A DNA stretch of 64,000 nucleotides from NCBI GenBank assembly GCA_050951545.1, contig JBMNJG010000003.1, positions 1-64,000 on the forward strand, written 5' to 3'. The notes below the pieces were generated by a model. The model saw only the letters and a program-made list of their open reading frames with translations, had not been told where the DNA came from and did no database searches. The position numbers and the translations under genes were made by a program. The DNA is from Limnochordia bacterium. Its GTDB lineage: Bacteria > Bacillota > Limnochordia > DTU080. Below, one piece after another: positions 19,682 through 29,439 of the stretch. Each line of letters opens with the position of its first letter. Position 1 is the stretch's first letter.

Positions 19682-20410
19682 ATGCTGTCAACCATGGCGA
19701 AACTGCGTCTGGTGACCCGTCTTTACTCCTTGCGCCTGCTGCAGCGGCTGGGCCTAATGCCAACCGAGCTGTTCTATGTAGGATCAAGTGATGTGCTGCC
19801 GCCCCCGCTATCCAGCGACGAGGAGAGCTACCTGCTCGAACGACTAGGCGACGGCGATGCAGCCGTTAAGACGATACTAATCGAACGCAATCTGCGCTTA
19901 GTAGTCTATATTGCTCGCAAGTTTGAGAACACGGGAGTCTTCATAGAGGATCTTGTCTCTATCGGTGCCATCGGTCTTATCAAAGCTGTGAACACGTTCG
20001 ACCCCTCGAAGAAAATCAAGTTGGCCACGTATGCATCTCGCTGCATCGAAAACGAGATTCTCATGTATCTACGCCGTAACAACAAGACGAAGGCTGAGAT
20101 CTCTTTCGACGAGCCGCTTAACACTGATTGGGACGGCAACGAACTGCTCTTGTCTGACGTACTGGGCCAGGAGAGCGACGTGATTCGCTACATTGAGGAA
20201 GAGGTAGACCGCGCCCTGTTGGCGGGTGCCTTAGGGCGGCTTTCGGGTAGGGAAAAGCGGATTATGGAGTTGCGCTTTGGCTTGACGGATGGCCAGGAAA
20301 AGACGCAAAAGGAGGTTGCCGACGCGATGGGCATATCGCAATCGTACATCTCGAGGCTCGAGAAGCGCATACTCAAAAAGCTGCGCCGGGAGATAAAGCG
20401 CATGGAGTAG
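19682..20410 (+). CDS. sigE: Pro-sigma-E
   Basis: Pro-sequence then [47 protein letters not shown]. Confidence 0.97.
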   Translation: MLSTMAKLRLVTRLYSLRLLQRLGLMPTELFYVGSSDVLPPPLSSDEESYLLERLGDGDAAVKTILIERNLRLVVYIARKFENTGVFIEDLVSIGAIGLIKAVNTFDPSKKIKLATYASRCIENEILMYLRRNNKTKAEISFDEPLNTDWDGNELLLSDVLGQESDVIRYIEEEVDRALLAGALGRLSGREKRIMELRFGLTDGQEKTQKEVADAMGISQSYISRLEKRILKKLRREIKRME

Positions 20411-20440
20411 AGGGGCGCCCGTCCAACGAGGGGACCCCTC
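20410..20440. terminator. Hairpin between convergent sigE and ftsZ
   Basis: GAGGGG...CCCCTC imperfect stem in the 36-bp gap. Confidence 0.4.
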
Positions 20441-20446
20441 ACTTCC

Positions 20447-21499
20447 TCAGATCCTACGACGCAAGAAAGCGGGGATCTCTAACTCATCCGTGACCAGCGG
20501 CTTGATCTCAAGTTCCTTGCTCGTGAGTGACGCTCGATCGTACTGATCTGCGTCAAAGCCCGTGGCGATCACAGTGACTCGGACCTCGTCTTGCATCGCT
20601 TCGTCGATAACCGCGCCAAAAATGATGTTGGCATCGGGATCGGCAGCCTCAGCGATAATCTCCGCAGCTTCATTCACTTCAAACAGACCAAGATTAGAGC
20701 TTCCGGTTATGTTAAGCAGGATGCCCTTAGCACCCTCAATGGACGCCTCTAACAACGGACTTGAGATCGCCTCACGTGCGGCTTTGACGGCCCGATCGTC
20801 AGCCGATGCCCGGCCGATACCCATCAGTGCTGAGCCAGCGTTGGTCATTATGGCCCGTACATCGGCAAAGTCCAGGTTGATGAGCCCTGGAACCGTGATA
20901 AGATCGGAGATCCCCTGCACACCTTGCCGCAACACATCATCGGCGATGCGAAAAGCCTCCAGGATAGAGGTCCGCTTATCGACTACCTGCAACAGGCGGT
21001 CATTGGGAATTGTGATGAGGGTATCCACTTGCCCGCGCAGCTGTTCGATACCCCTTTCGGCCTGGTCGCGACGCCGTTTTCCCTCGAACGCGAAGGGTTT
21101 GGTCACAACGGCCACTGTGAGCGCCGAACACGCCTTAGCAATCTCGCATACTATGGGGGCACCCCCAGTACCCGTACCGCCCCCCATCCCGGCTGTGACG
21201 AAGATCATGTCTGCGCCGTCGACCAGTTGACCTATCTCATCACGGCTTTCCTCAGCAGCCTTCTTTCCTACCTCAGGATCCGACCCGGCCCCGAGACCCT
21301 TCGTTAACTTTTCTCCCATGCGTATCTTGTGACTCGCATTGGACGACAGTAGCGCTTGCGAGTCTGTGTTAATGGCGATGAACTGCACGCCCTGCAACCC
21401 AGCCTCTATCATACGATTGACAGCGTTACTGCCTGCCCCGCCGACTCCAAGCACCTTTATCTCGGCAAACTGGGCGCCATCAGCGTCAAACTCGAACAT
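20447..21499 (-). CDS. ftsZ: Cell division protein FtsZ
   Basis: GGGTGTG tubulin motif, NLDFADV, C-terminal [10 protein letters not shown]; ATG 21499 after AGGAGG. Confidence 0.98.
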   Translation of the reverse strand: MFEFDADGAQFAEIKVLGVGGAGSNAVNRMIEAGLQGVQFIAINTDSQALLSSNASHKIRMGEKLTKGLGAGSDPEVGKKAAEESRDEIGQLVDGADMIFVTAGMGGGTGTGGAPIVCEIAKACSALTVAVVTKPFAFEGKRRRDQAERGIEQLRGQVDTLITIPNDRLLQVVDKRTSILEAFRIADDVLRQGVQGISDLITVPGLINLDFADVRAIMTNAGSALMGIGRASADDRAVKAAREAISSPLLEASIEGAKGILLNITGSSNLGLFEVNEAAEIIAEAADPDANIIFGAVIDEAMQDEVRVTVIATGFDADQYDRASLTSKELEIKPLVTDELEIPAFLRRRI

Positions 21500-21592
21500 G
21501 GGGGTCATTCCTCCTAGCAACTGGGTGCATAGCTGCTTTAAATTTCCACGATGTGAAGCTCATTCCTCTGAAAAAAGAACACCTTTGTCCGT

Positions 21593-22315
21593 TCAGCGGA
21601 CCACAGGCTTGTCCGGATGGCGAACATCAACCACGCTGGGCAGAGCACCTCTCTCCGACGCCTGGCGCAGAAGCGAAAGAAGGATCTGCATCTTCTCGCC
21701 CATGTCCCGCCAGGCCCCCAGCTTAGCCACAACCCCATCCCGTGTCACTAGCTCAATCTCTCCGGCAGGAGTGGTGCGGATCTCGACGACACGCAAAGCC
21801 AGCATCTCTGGCATTTCGGCTGCCACGCCCGTGGCGGCACGCATCATGGGATCGCTGAGGAAGGTCCCCGGCACGACCTTAGAGACTGACTCTAACGTCC
21901 TGATCACTGCCAACCCTAACGGACCCGTTACCTCACCAAGCACCCTGGCCTCTGCGTCAAGACTCCATAGCGCACCGTCAGCGACAATAGCCGCAACTGG
22001 TTGACGCTCGGTAAGCACCACCGTCAGTCCGCTTGGCAAGCGGCGCCTGACCCGAGCGTCCTTCACCACGGGCTCGGCACGCAAACGTTCTGTGAGATCG
22101 CCTATGTCAATATCAAACAGGTTCTGGCCTCGCTGTAAACCGCCAACGACCATGATATCAGCTTCTGAGAAGCGTTGGGTGCCGCTGACGTCGATACCCT
22201 CTAGCCGAAAGAAAGGAGATTGCAGGAACAGGTAGAGCGCTAGCGTCAAAGCGAAAAGTCCAAGAGCTACCGAAAACCCACGTTCTGCCCGTGATCGCCG
22301 CAAGGAACTCCCCAC
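21593..22315 (-). CDS. ftsQ: Cell division protein FtsQ/DivIB
   Basis: TM helix, POTRA-like SPFFRLEGIDVSG...RRRLPSGLTVVLTERQPVA; start may be TTG 22303. Confidence 0.85.
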   Translation of the reverse strand: MGSSLRRSRAERGFSVALGLFALTLALYLFLQSPFFRLEGIDVSGTQRFSEADIMVVGGLQRGQNLFDIDIGDLTERLRAEPVVKDARVRRRLPSGLTVVLTERQPVAAIVADGALWSLDAEARVLGEVTGPLGLAVIRTLESVSKVVPGTFLSDPMMRAATGVAAEMPEMLALRVVEIRTTPAGEIELVTRDGVVAKLGAWRDMGEKMQILLSLLRQASERGALPSVVDVRHPDKPVVR

Positions 22316-22431
22316 CTTCGGCCAGCATACCCACAGACACCTACTGTAGCAGCTGCGGCCGAATGATCGGATCTGCCATCCGATATACGTTTCAGGTTAT
22401 GGTTCGTTGTCGTCGTCTGATTCCCTCTTCG

Positions 22432-23709
22432 CTATACGAGAGCCTCTGCAGAGACGACACTCTTGCGGCGAATAGCAGCCCCCACCCCCCTTAGTTTTGT
22501 CTCTAGACTTTCATAGCCACGGTCGACGTGATGCACTTGCTCGAGTTCGGTGACCCCTTCTGCAGCAAGCCCAGCCAAGACCATCGATGCTCCCGCACGC
22601 AGGTCCATGGCGCTAATACGAGCCCCCATCAGGCGACATGGCCCACGCACCACTGCCAGCCGCCCATCCACCGTGATTTCCGCGCCCATCCGCAGAAACT
22701 CCGCCACATGCTTGAAGCGGCTCGAGTACACGTTCTCCATGATGATGCTGGTGCCTTGAGCCAAACAGAGCATAGCCGTAAACTGCGGTTGCATGTCAGT
22801 GGGGAAACACGGATGAGGACCGGTCCGAATATCTAGTGGCCGAAGAGATCGTGGCCCACGCACAAACAGCTGCTCGCCTTGAACATCCATCTCCACTCCA
22901 GCCTGGCGTAGCTTCGCCATGACCATTTCGAGATGGTCGGGTATCACTGGAGATAACAACAGCTCCCCGCGTGTCATGGCCGCCGCGACCATATACGTTC
23001 CGACCTCTATGCGGTCAGGGATCACCGTATGGTCAGCCCCGCCCAACTGCGATACGCCCGTGATGCGAATGGTGTCTGTGCCTGCTCCTCGGACGCGAGC
23101 GCCCATGCGGTTCAGGAAGTTTTGGGCTTCAACAACCTCCGGCTCTCTAGCCGCATTGCGAACAGTTGTGGTGCCATTCGCTAGAGTAGCCGCCATCATC
23201 AGATTCTCGGTAGCTCCCACGCTCGGAATGTCAAGATAGATCTCTTGCCCTGTCAAACGAGTACAGGCCCCAGTAAGATAACCGAATTCATCGCGTAGAT
23301 CAGCACCCATCTTGCGCAGATTGGCAACATGCAAATCCACCGGACGCGTACCTATGGCACAGCCCCCTGGATGCGCTATCCGTACTCTGCCCAAGCGGGC
23401 GAGCAGCGGTCCCATGATCTGTATGGAAGCCCGCATCTCGCGAGCGTTATCGTCAGGAGCCTCCCAGGACAAGGCCTCACCAGCTTGGATACGCATGACA
23501 CCACTGTCATCATGCTCCACCTGGGCTCCCAGACCCCTTAGTACGTCCACCATGTTCTCGACGTCCTTGATGCGCGGGACGTTGCGAATCACACACTCCT
23601 CAGAAGTCAAGAGGCTCGCCGCCATGAGCTTGAGTACGGCGTTCTTAGCCCCGCTAATGCGAACTGAGCCAGACAGAGGCTTGCCGCCTTCGATAACCAG
23701 AACGTCCAT
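22432..23709 (-). CDS. murA: UDP-GlcNAc 1-carboxyvinyltransferase
   Basis: SGAKNA, MRAS, PGGCAIGTRPVDLH (active-site Cys present), FPTDMQ. Confidence 0.97.
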   Translation of the reverse strand: MDVLVIEGGKPLSGSVRISGAKNAVLKLMAASLLTSEECVIRNVPRIKDVENMVDVLRGLGAQVEHDDSGVMRIQAGEALSWEAPDDNAREMRASIQIMGPLLARLGRVRIAHPGGCAIGTRPVDLHVANLRKMGADLRDEFGYLTGACTRLTGQEIYLDIPSVGATENLMMAATLANGTTTVRNAAREPEVVEAQNFLNRMGARVRGAGTDTIRITGVSQLGGADHTVIPDRIEVGTYMVAAAMTRGELLLSPVIPDHLEMVMAKLRQAGVEMDVQGEQLFVRGPRSLRPLDIRTGPHPCFPTDMQPQFTAMLCLAQGTSIIMENVYSSRFKHVAEFLRMGAEITVDGRLAVVRGPCRLMGARISAMDLRAGASMVLAGLAAEGVTELEQVHHVDRGYESLETKLRGVGAAIRRKSVVSAEALV

Positions 23710-23732
23710 CGAGTACACCTCTTTTTGTGGCC

Positions 23733-24638
23733 TCAGTATCCCTCCAAGCCGATGACCTCCAGCTCCAGCTGAAGATAGACCCCTCTATCATCGAGCACTC
23801 GCTTACGGATGGTTTCGATCAGTCGCATAACGTCAACCGCCTTGGCCCGACCCACATTGATAATGAAATTGGCATGTAACGTAGATACCATAGCGTCGTT
23901 GACCCTGTAGCCCTTCAGGCCGCAGGACTCGATGAGCCTGGCCGCATAGTCACCTGGCGGGTTCTTGAAAACACTGCCAGCACAAGGTTTCCCGAGCGGT
24001 TGTGTCCGCCGTCTTCGCTCGCCAAAAGCCCGCATTCTCTCCCGGATCAGCTCCGGAGCATCAGCGGTCAAGCGAAATGTCGCGGCCGTAACCGTCAAGT
24101 CCTGCGTGGTGCGGATGAGACTGGTACGGTACCCGAATTTCAGGTGCGACTGAGGCAGGAGCACGAGATTTCCAATCTGATCGGCAACCTGAACTCGCTC
24201 TACCACGCGACTGATGTCTGAACCGTGCGCACCAGCGTTCATCACGATGGCCCCGCCGACACTCCCTGGAATACCTTCTGCGAACTCCAGCCCAGACAAA
24301 CTGAGATCACCGGCCCACCGAGCGACTCGAGCGATGGGCGAGCCAGCCCCGACCGTCAGAAGATCACCGTCATGGTGCATGCTTCCCATACCCCTGCCTA
24401 TTTTGACAACACAGCCACGTACGCCTTCGTCGCTAACGAGCAGGTTTGTTCCGGCTCCCACGGTCATGACTGGCATGCCGTGCATGTGGGTTGCATGCAG
24501 CACAGTGCAGAGATCATCTACATGGGCGGGTGAGACAAAAACATCGGCCGGGCCGCCGATACGAAAGCTATTGTGGCGTCGCATGGGCTCATCGAAGCGA
24601 ACGTCACCCTGCACCTGTTGGAAAAGGTCCAATGACAT
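23733..24638 (-). CDS. murB: UDP-N-acetylenolpyruvoylglucosamine reductase
   Basis: FRIGGPAD, GIPGSVGGAIVMNAGA, GSVFKNP, HANFIIN. Confidence 0.96.
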   Translation of the reverse strand: MSLDLFQQVQGDVRFDEPMRRHNSFRIGGPADVFVSPAHVDDLCTVLHATHMHGMPVMTVGAGTNLLVSDEGVRGCVVKIGRGMGSMHHDGDLLTVGAGSPIARVARWAGDLSLSGLEFAEGIPGSVGGAIVMNAGAHGSDISRVVERVQVADQIGNLVLLPQSHLKFGYRTSLIRTTQDLTVTAATFRLTADAPELIRERMRAFGERRRRTQPLGKPCAGSVFKNPPGDYAARLIESCGLKGYRVNDAMVSTLHANFIINVGRAKAVDVMRLIETIRKRVLDDRGVYLQLELEVIGLEGY

Positions 24639-24718
24639 TCCCCTTCATACACCTATTAGGTTCCGGCGTTGACACGATAATACTATTCCCTGCTCGATGA
24701 GAGAGTTCCAATCAACGG

Positions 24719-25843
24719 TCATGTCGGCGCAGCCAAGGCCTTGACTAAAGCCACCAGTTCGCCCGTGGCGTTGGGTTTCCCCAAACGCTTACTTGCCCGG
24801 GCCATACTCTGCAGATGTCCGGGCGTATCGAGGAGTTGCGTGACCAGACTCCCCAGGGTTTGCCCACTGATCTCATGATCAAGGAGGACCTTGGCCGCAC
24901 CGTGTGCCTCCAAAACCTGGGCATTATGCAGCTGATGGTTTTCTGCAGCGTGAGGATAGGGCACAAGAATAGCGGGCAAGCCTCTTATAGTAAACTCCGC
25001 ACTTGACAGCGCGCCCCCCCTTCCGACAACCAGGTCGGCGGCAGCTAGGGCCTCGGGCATCGCGTAAATGTAGGGCATGATGCACATGTTGCCGTAGCTG
25101 ATCTTCTCGCCACCTGCATCTGGCTCTACCCCTCGTGATCTCAACTGCTCGACGACCTCCGGGTACAAAGCTCTTCCAGCAGCGTGAAGTACCTGTAGAT
25201 CACGGCGGGCATGGAGCATTGGAGCGGCTTGGAGCAAAGCGCGGTTCACGCTTCTAGCCCCCTGACTACCAGCCGTCACCAGTAGAGTGCGTCTCTTGGG
25301 ATCCAAACCAAAAGTGCGTTGCCCTGCCTCTCGCGTACAGGTGCTGATCTCTGGACGCACTGGATTGCCTGTAACCACGGTCTTGTGAGCCGGGAAAAAT
25401 GTCTTAGCCTCCGCATAGCCTACAGCAATCTCGTCGACCACCCTTGCTAGCATGCGATTGGTAATTCCGGGGAATGCGTTCTGCTCGTGGATCAACGTAG
25501 GATAACGCAAGACCGTTGCTGCCAAGAGCACAGGTCCGGAAACATACCCACCTGTTCCCATCACCACGTGGGGTCGAAATTGCCTTATCACCTTCATTGC
25601 CTGATAGGTGCCCCCTACAGCAACAACCAGAGCCATGGGAACCTCCCATGACACTCTCCTGGGAATATGGTGTGCCCGAACCGCTCTCAAGCAGAAACCA
25701 GCTCGAGGGATCACATCCGCTTCCAAACCATCCTTCGTGCCGACGAATACCACCTCGGCACCCTGATCCCTGAGCACCTGAGCGACTGTAATACCTGGAT
25801 AGATGTGTCCGCCGGTTCCTCCGGCAGCAATCAGGACGCGCAT
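24719..25843 (-). CDS. murG: Lipid II GlcNAc transferase MurG
   Basis: GGTGGHIYP, HEQN, TGNPVR, GSQGA, HQLHNA; ATG 25843 after GGAGG. Confidence 0.96.
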   Translation of the reverse strand: MRVLIAAGGTGGHIYPGITVAQVLRDQGAEVVFVGTKDGLEADVIPRAGFCLRAVRAHHIPRRVSWEVPMALVVAVGGTYQAMKVIRQFRPHVVMGTGGYVSGPVLLAATVLRYPTLIHEQNAFPGITNRMLARVVDEIAVGYAEAKTFFPAHKTVVTGNPVRPEISTCTREAGQRTFGLDPKRRTLLVTAGSQGARSVNRALLQAAPMLHARRDLQVLHAAGRALYPEVVEQLRSRGVEPDAGGEKISYGNMCIMPYIYAMPEALAAADLVVGRGGALSSAEFTIRGLPAILVPYPHAAENHQLHNAQVLEAHGAAKVLLDHEISGQTLGSLVTQLLDTPGHLQSMARASKRLGKPNATGELVALVKALAAPT

Positions 25844-25862
25844 GACTACCCCTCCACGCAGA

Positions 25863-26972
25863 CTAGGCCCTGCCACTTACCGTCTTCTCACCTGCAGCAG
25901 AGATGTTCAGCAGGATGCCTATCCCCACAAGCGTCGCCACCAACGAAGAACCCCCTGAACTGATGAGAGGTAGCGTGATACCCGTCGTTGGCAGCAGCGC
26001 ACTGACTACCGCGATATTCAGGACCGCTTGAAATGTGATCAGCGTAGTTAGACCCGTCGCCAGAGCACATCCGTAGACATCAGGAGCCTTAAGAGCAGCC
26101 CGGTACCCTCTCCAAGCCAAGGCTAGGAAAAGCAACAGCACGAGTGCTGAACCCAAAAACCCCAGTTCCTCTGCAAGAATGGCGAAGATGAAATCCGTGT
26201 GTTGCTCAGGCAGATAGGAAAATTTCTGACGGCTCTCGCCCAGCCCCAACCCAAAAAGCCCACCTGAACCGATTGCCAGAAGTGACTGAATGATGCTCCA
26301 CCCCGAATCACTCGGATCCGCCCACGGATTCAGAAAGGCGGCGATACGACGCACGCGATAGGGCTCGCGCCTCACTAGTATCACAGCAGGCGGTATTGCC
26401 GCAAGACCTGAGAGAATGAGATAGTCGAGACGCACGCCAACGCCAAAGAGCATGAGCGCTGCAGTACCCATGAGCGCCACCCCGGTCCCCAAATCGGGCT
26501 CGAGCATGATGAGCCCGAAAACAACGACCACCGGTAGAAAAGGCACGACTATGCCGTAGATGAAAGTACGCATATCAGAGCGGTAGACAGCGATGTATGC
26601 GGCTAGCAGATTGATGACCGCGAGTTTGGCTATCTCCGAAGGCTGTACCGTAAAGAATCCCAGATCAATCCATCGACGTGCCCCCAAGGTCTCGTCACCC
26701 ACTACGAGCACCAGCCCTAGCAGAATTGTAGCTATCACATAGCCAGGAACAGCCCATTGGCGCCAGAACCGGTAGTCGACGCGGGCCGTCGCGGCTAGAG
26801 TCGCCAGACCAACAGTGGCCCACATGATCTGACGCTTGAGAAAGTAGTAGATATCGCCTGTATCCCTCCTGGCCGTCGAGTAGCTGGAGCTGAAGACCAT
26901 GATGATCCCGACGACCAGCAGTGCCAGTGTGACGGCAATCAGCGTGTAATCCGGCCGCCGCTCTGATGCCAT
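25863..26972 (-). CDS. spoVE: SEDS glycosyltransferase FtsW/SpoVE
   Basis: GARRWI, QPSEIAK, EPDLGT, LPEQHTDFIF, GITLPLISSGGSS; in dcw cluster. Confidence 0.92.
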   Translation of the reverse strand: MASERRPDYTLIAVTLALLVVGIIMVFSSSYSTARRDTGDIYYFLKRQIMWATVGLATLAATARVDYRFWRQWAVPGYVIATILLGLVLVVGDETLGARRWIDLGFFTVQPSEIAKLAVINLLAAYIAVYRSDMRTFIYGIVVPFLPVVVVFGLIMLEPDLGTGVALMGTAALMLFGVGVRLDYLILSGLAAIPPAVILVRREPYRVRRIAAFLNPWADPSDSGWSIIQSLLAIGSGGLFGLGLGESRQKFSYLPEQHTDFIFAILAEELGFLGSALVLLLFLALAWRGYRAALKAPDVYGCALATGLTTLITFQAVLNIAVVSALLPTTGITLPLISSGGSSLVATLVGIGILLNISAAGEKTVSGRA

Positions 26973-27013
26973 GACCGACTCCCTCCCAGCAACGCAAGAG
27001 TCATGTGCAAAGA

Positions 27014-27982
27014 CTAGATCGTCAAGAGCCCTAATACCCCGAAGACCATGGCCGCCAACCAGAAACGTGTGACAATCTTGGACTCGGGCCAGCCCAGGAG
27101 CTCGTAGTGGTGATGGAGGGGTGCCATTTTGAAAATACGCTTTCCACCAGTCAAGCGGAAGTAGCTCACCTGAAGAATGACGGACAAGGTCTCAACCACA
27201 AAGAGACCCCCAATGATGCAAAGATGCAGTTCCGTAGCCGTAAGCACCGCAATCGCTCCCAGAGCCCCTCCGAGCGCGAGGCTACCGGTGTCGCCCATGA
27301 ACACCTGGGCCGGATACGCGTTGAACCAGCAAAAGCCGAGACAAGCACCAGTCACCGCGGCGGCCAGAATAGCCAAATCGGTCGAACCAAGCGCGTAGGC
27401 GATGATCGCATAGACTACCATCGCGACTGCACTCGCCCCCGCCGCCAGACCATCCAATCCATCCGTGAAGTTTACCGCATTAGCAGCCCCAACCACCGTC
27501 GTGGTGGCCAAGATAAGAAACAGCCATGTTGGCAACTGAACCACAGTGCCTGTGAAGGGGATGAGCAAGGACGGCCCGAGTCGGGGCTCGCCAGTCACGT
27601 ACAAGGCCAAGACCATAGCCACGAGAATCTGGCCGACGAGCTTGTGACGAGCCTTGAGCCCAAGGCTTCTCTTCGTCGCCACGATTATGAAGTCATCAAT
27701 CAAGCCGATAAGCCCAAAACCCACTACGACGAAAAGCGCGTAGGGAAGTGCCGAGTAGCTATCAGTCACAAACAGGCTGGAGACCGAGATAGCCAAGATA
27801 ATCAACACGCCGCCCATGGTCGGCGTACCGCCCTTCTTCTTGTGCGCTGAAGGTCCGGCGTCACGAATCTGCTGACCAAACTTCAGGCGATAGAGATAAC
27901 GAATCGTTGCTGGCCCAAGCAGTAGAATGAGAGCAAATGATAGTATCCCCGCCAAGACAATGGCGTTCTCCTCACTCACCAA
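27014..27982 (-). CDS. mraY: Phospho-MurNAc-pentapeptide translocase
   Basis: GTPTMGG, NAVNFTDGLDGL, FMGDTGS, MAPLHHHYE. Confidence 0.97.
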   Translation of the reverse strand: MVSEENAIVLAGILSFALILLLGPATIRYLYRLKFGQQIRDAGPSAHKKKGGTPTMGGVLIILAISVSSLFVTDSYSALPYALFVVVGFGLIGLIDDFIIVATKRSLGLKARHKLVGQILVAMVLALYVTGEPRLGPSLLIPFTGTVVQLPTWLFLILATTTVVGAANAVNFTDGLDGLAAGASAVAMVVYAIIAYALGSTDLAILAAAVTGACLGFCWFNAYPAQVFMGDTGSLALGGALGAIAVLTATELHLCIIGGLFVVETLSVILQVSYFRLTGGKRIFKMAPLHHHYELLGWPESKIVTRFWLAAMVFGVLGLLTI

Positions 27983-29403
27983 CTACCCCGCCCTTCAAGC
28001 CTTTGCGCAGTAGCCATCACAGCAGCGGCTACCTGCTCCAACTGTAGTCCTCGAGAGGCCTTTACCAACACGCCATCGCCTCTACACAGCCAATGCCCCA
28101 CAGCCGCTGCAGCGGCCAGCGCATCAGCATACCATAGCGCAGCATCAAGCGGCAGCCCGGCTTCTCGTGCACCAGCAGCTATGAGACGCCCCGCCTCACC
28201 CACACAGACGAGAAAATCGACGCCAGCGGCCACGGCCTGTCTTCCCACTTGGTGGTGGTAGTACTCATATTGGCTGCCCAGCTCAAGCATGTCGCCAAGC
28301 ACAGCGACCCTGCGCTGGCTCGTAGAGTCTGCCAAGACCTCGATAGCGGCCTGCATAGAGAGCGGGCTGGCATTATATGAGTCATTAATCAGGAGTATGT
28401 CTTCTGGCAAACGCGAGATCTCCAGTCGCATGGGGGCAGGTCGCAACTGGGCCAAGGCGTCTGCAGCCTCTTCAAGGTCGTGACCGCAGACCCAGCTGGT
28501 AGCCAATGCCGCCAGAGCGTTAGAGACGTTATGTTTTCCGGGTAAGCTCACCGTCACCTCGCTGACCGCCTGCTGGTGGTTGATCCAGAGCGCAAACCGA
28601 ACGCCCCGCTCGTCTTGCACGATCGCCTCTGCCCTAATGTTGGCCGCTTTCTCGGTACCGAAGGTGACCACACGCGCTTTTGTCAGCGTCTGCATAGCTG
28701 CCACACGAGAGTCGTCTGCATTGAGAATCACTGTACCCGAGGTTGGCAAAGCTGTCACCAGTTCCGCCTTCGCACGTGCCACGTTGTCCAAACTCCCCAG
28801 GGTTGCCAGGTGCACAGGGCCCACGTTGGTTACTACACCAAGGTTCGGCTCAACAATGCTGGCCAGCTGCGTGATCTGACCCAATCCACGAGTGGCCATT
28901 TCGACAACGCAGATCTGGTGCCCGGGCTCCAATCCTAGGAGCGTGAGTGGTACCCCTATCTCGTTGTTGAGATTGCGATATGTCGCCAAGACACTTGCCT
29001 GCATACCCAAACAAGCAGCAATCATCTCCTTGGTCGTCGTCTTTCCATTGCTGCCTGTCACCCCAATCATGGGACCATGAAAGCGACCACGATGGCCGTG
29101 AGCCAACCCATGCAAAGCGGCTAGAGTATCGGCAACCGCAACAACAAAAAAGCCATCCTGACCCAGGCTGCTACAAACCCGTTCAGCCTCCGAAGCCATG
29201 ATTACCGCTCCCTCAGCACCAGCAGCGGCGGCCTCACCCACAAAATCGTGTCCGTCAAAGCGCTCGCCCCGAAGAGCCACGAAAAGCCCACCCACTCGAG
29301 GACGCCGACTATCGATAAAGACTCCAGAACATTTCTTCAACGTGCCACCTAGCAGGTGACCGTCCGTCCAAGCAAGAATCTCTCGGGGCTGAATCATGGC
29401 CAC
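27976..29403 (-). CDS. murF: UDP-MurNAc-tripeptide D-Ala-D-Ala ligase
   Basis: TGSNGKTTTK, NNEIGVP, DSYNASP, LGDMLELG, VKASRG. Confidence 0.96.
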   Translation of the reverse strand: MAMIQPREILAWTDGHLLGGTLKKCSGVFIDSRRPRVGGLFVALRGERFDGHDFVGEAAAAGAEGAVIMASEAERVCSSLGQDGFFVVAVADTLAALHGLAHGHRGRFHGPMIGVTGSNGKTTTKEMIAACLGMQASVLATYRNLNNEIGVPLTLLGLEPGHQICVVEMATRGLGQITQLASIVEPNLGVVTNVGPVHLATLGSLDNVARAKAELVTALPTSGTVILNADDSRVAAMQTLTKARVVTFGTEKAANIRAEAIVQDERGVRFALWINHQQAVSEVTVSLPGKHNVSNALAALATSWVCGHDLEEAADALAQLRPAPMRLEISRLPEDILLINDSYNASPLSMQAAIEVLADSTSQRRVAVLGDMLELGSQYEYYHHQVGRQAVAAGVDFLVCVGEAGRLIAAGAREAGLPLDAALWYADALAAAAAVGHWLCRGDGVLVKASRGLQLEQVAAAVMATAQRLEGRGSW

Positions 29404-29439
29404 GAGCGTTCCCCCAGTCCATCGTCTCGTCTCAGAGAC

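Noticed and set aside
18480-20446. Phase-variable invertible switch at spoIIGA-sigE
   Set aside because: No matching inverted repeats at the two junctions and no recombinase in the window; kept only as a fixed inversion
21538-21738. 66-aa ORF between ftsQ and ftsZ as a small basic protein
   Set aside because: Mostly overlaps ftsQ in another frame and does not resemble Sbp
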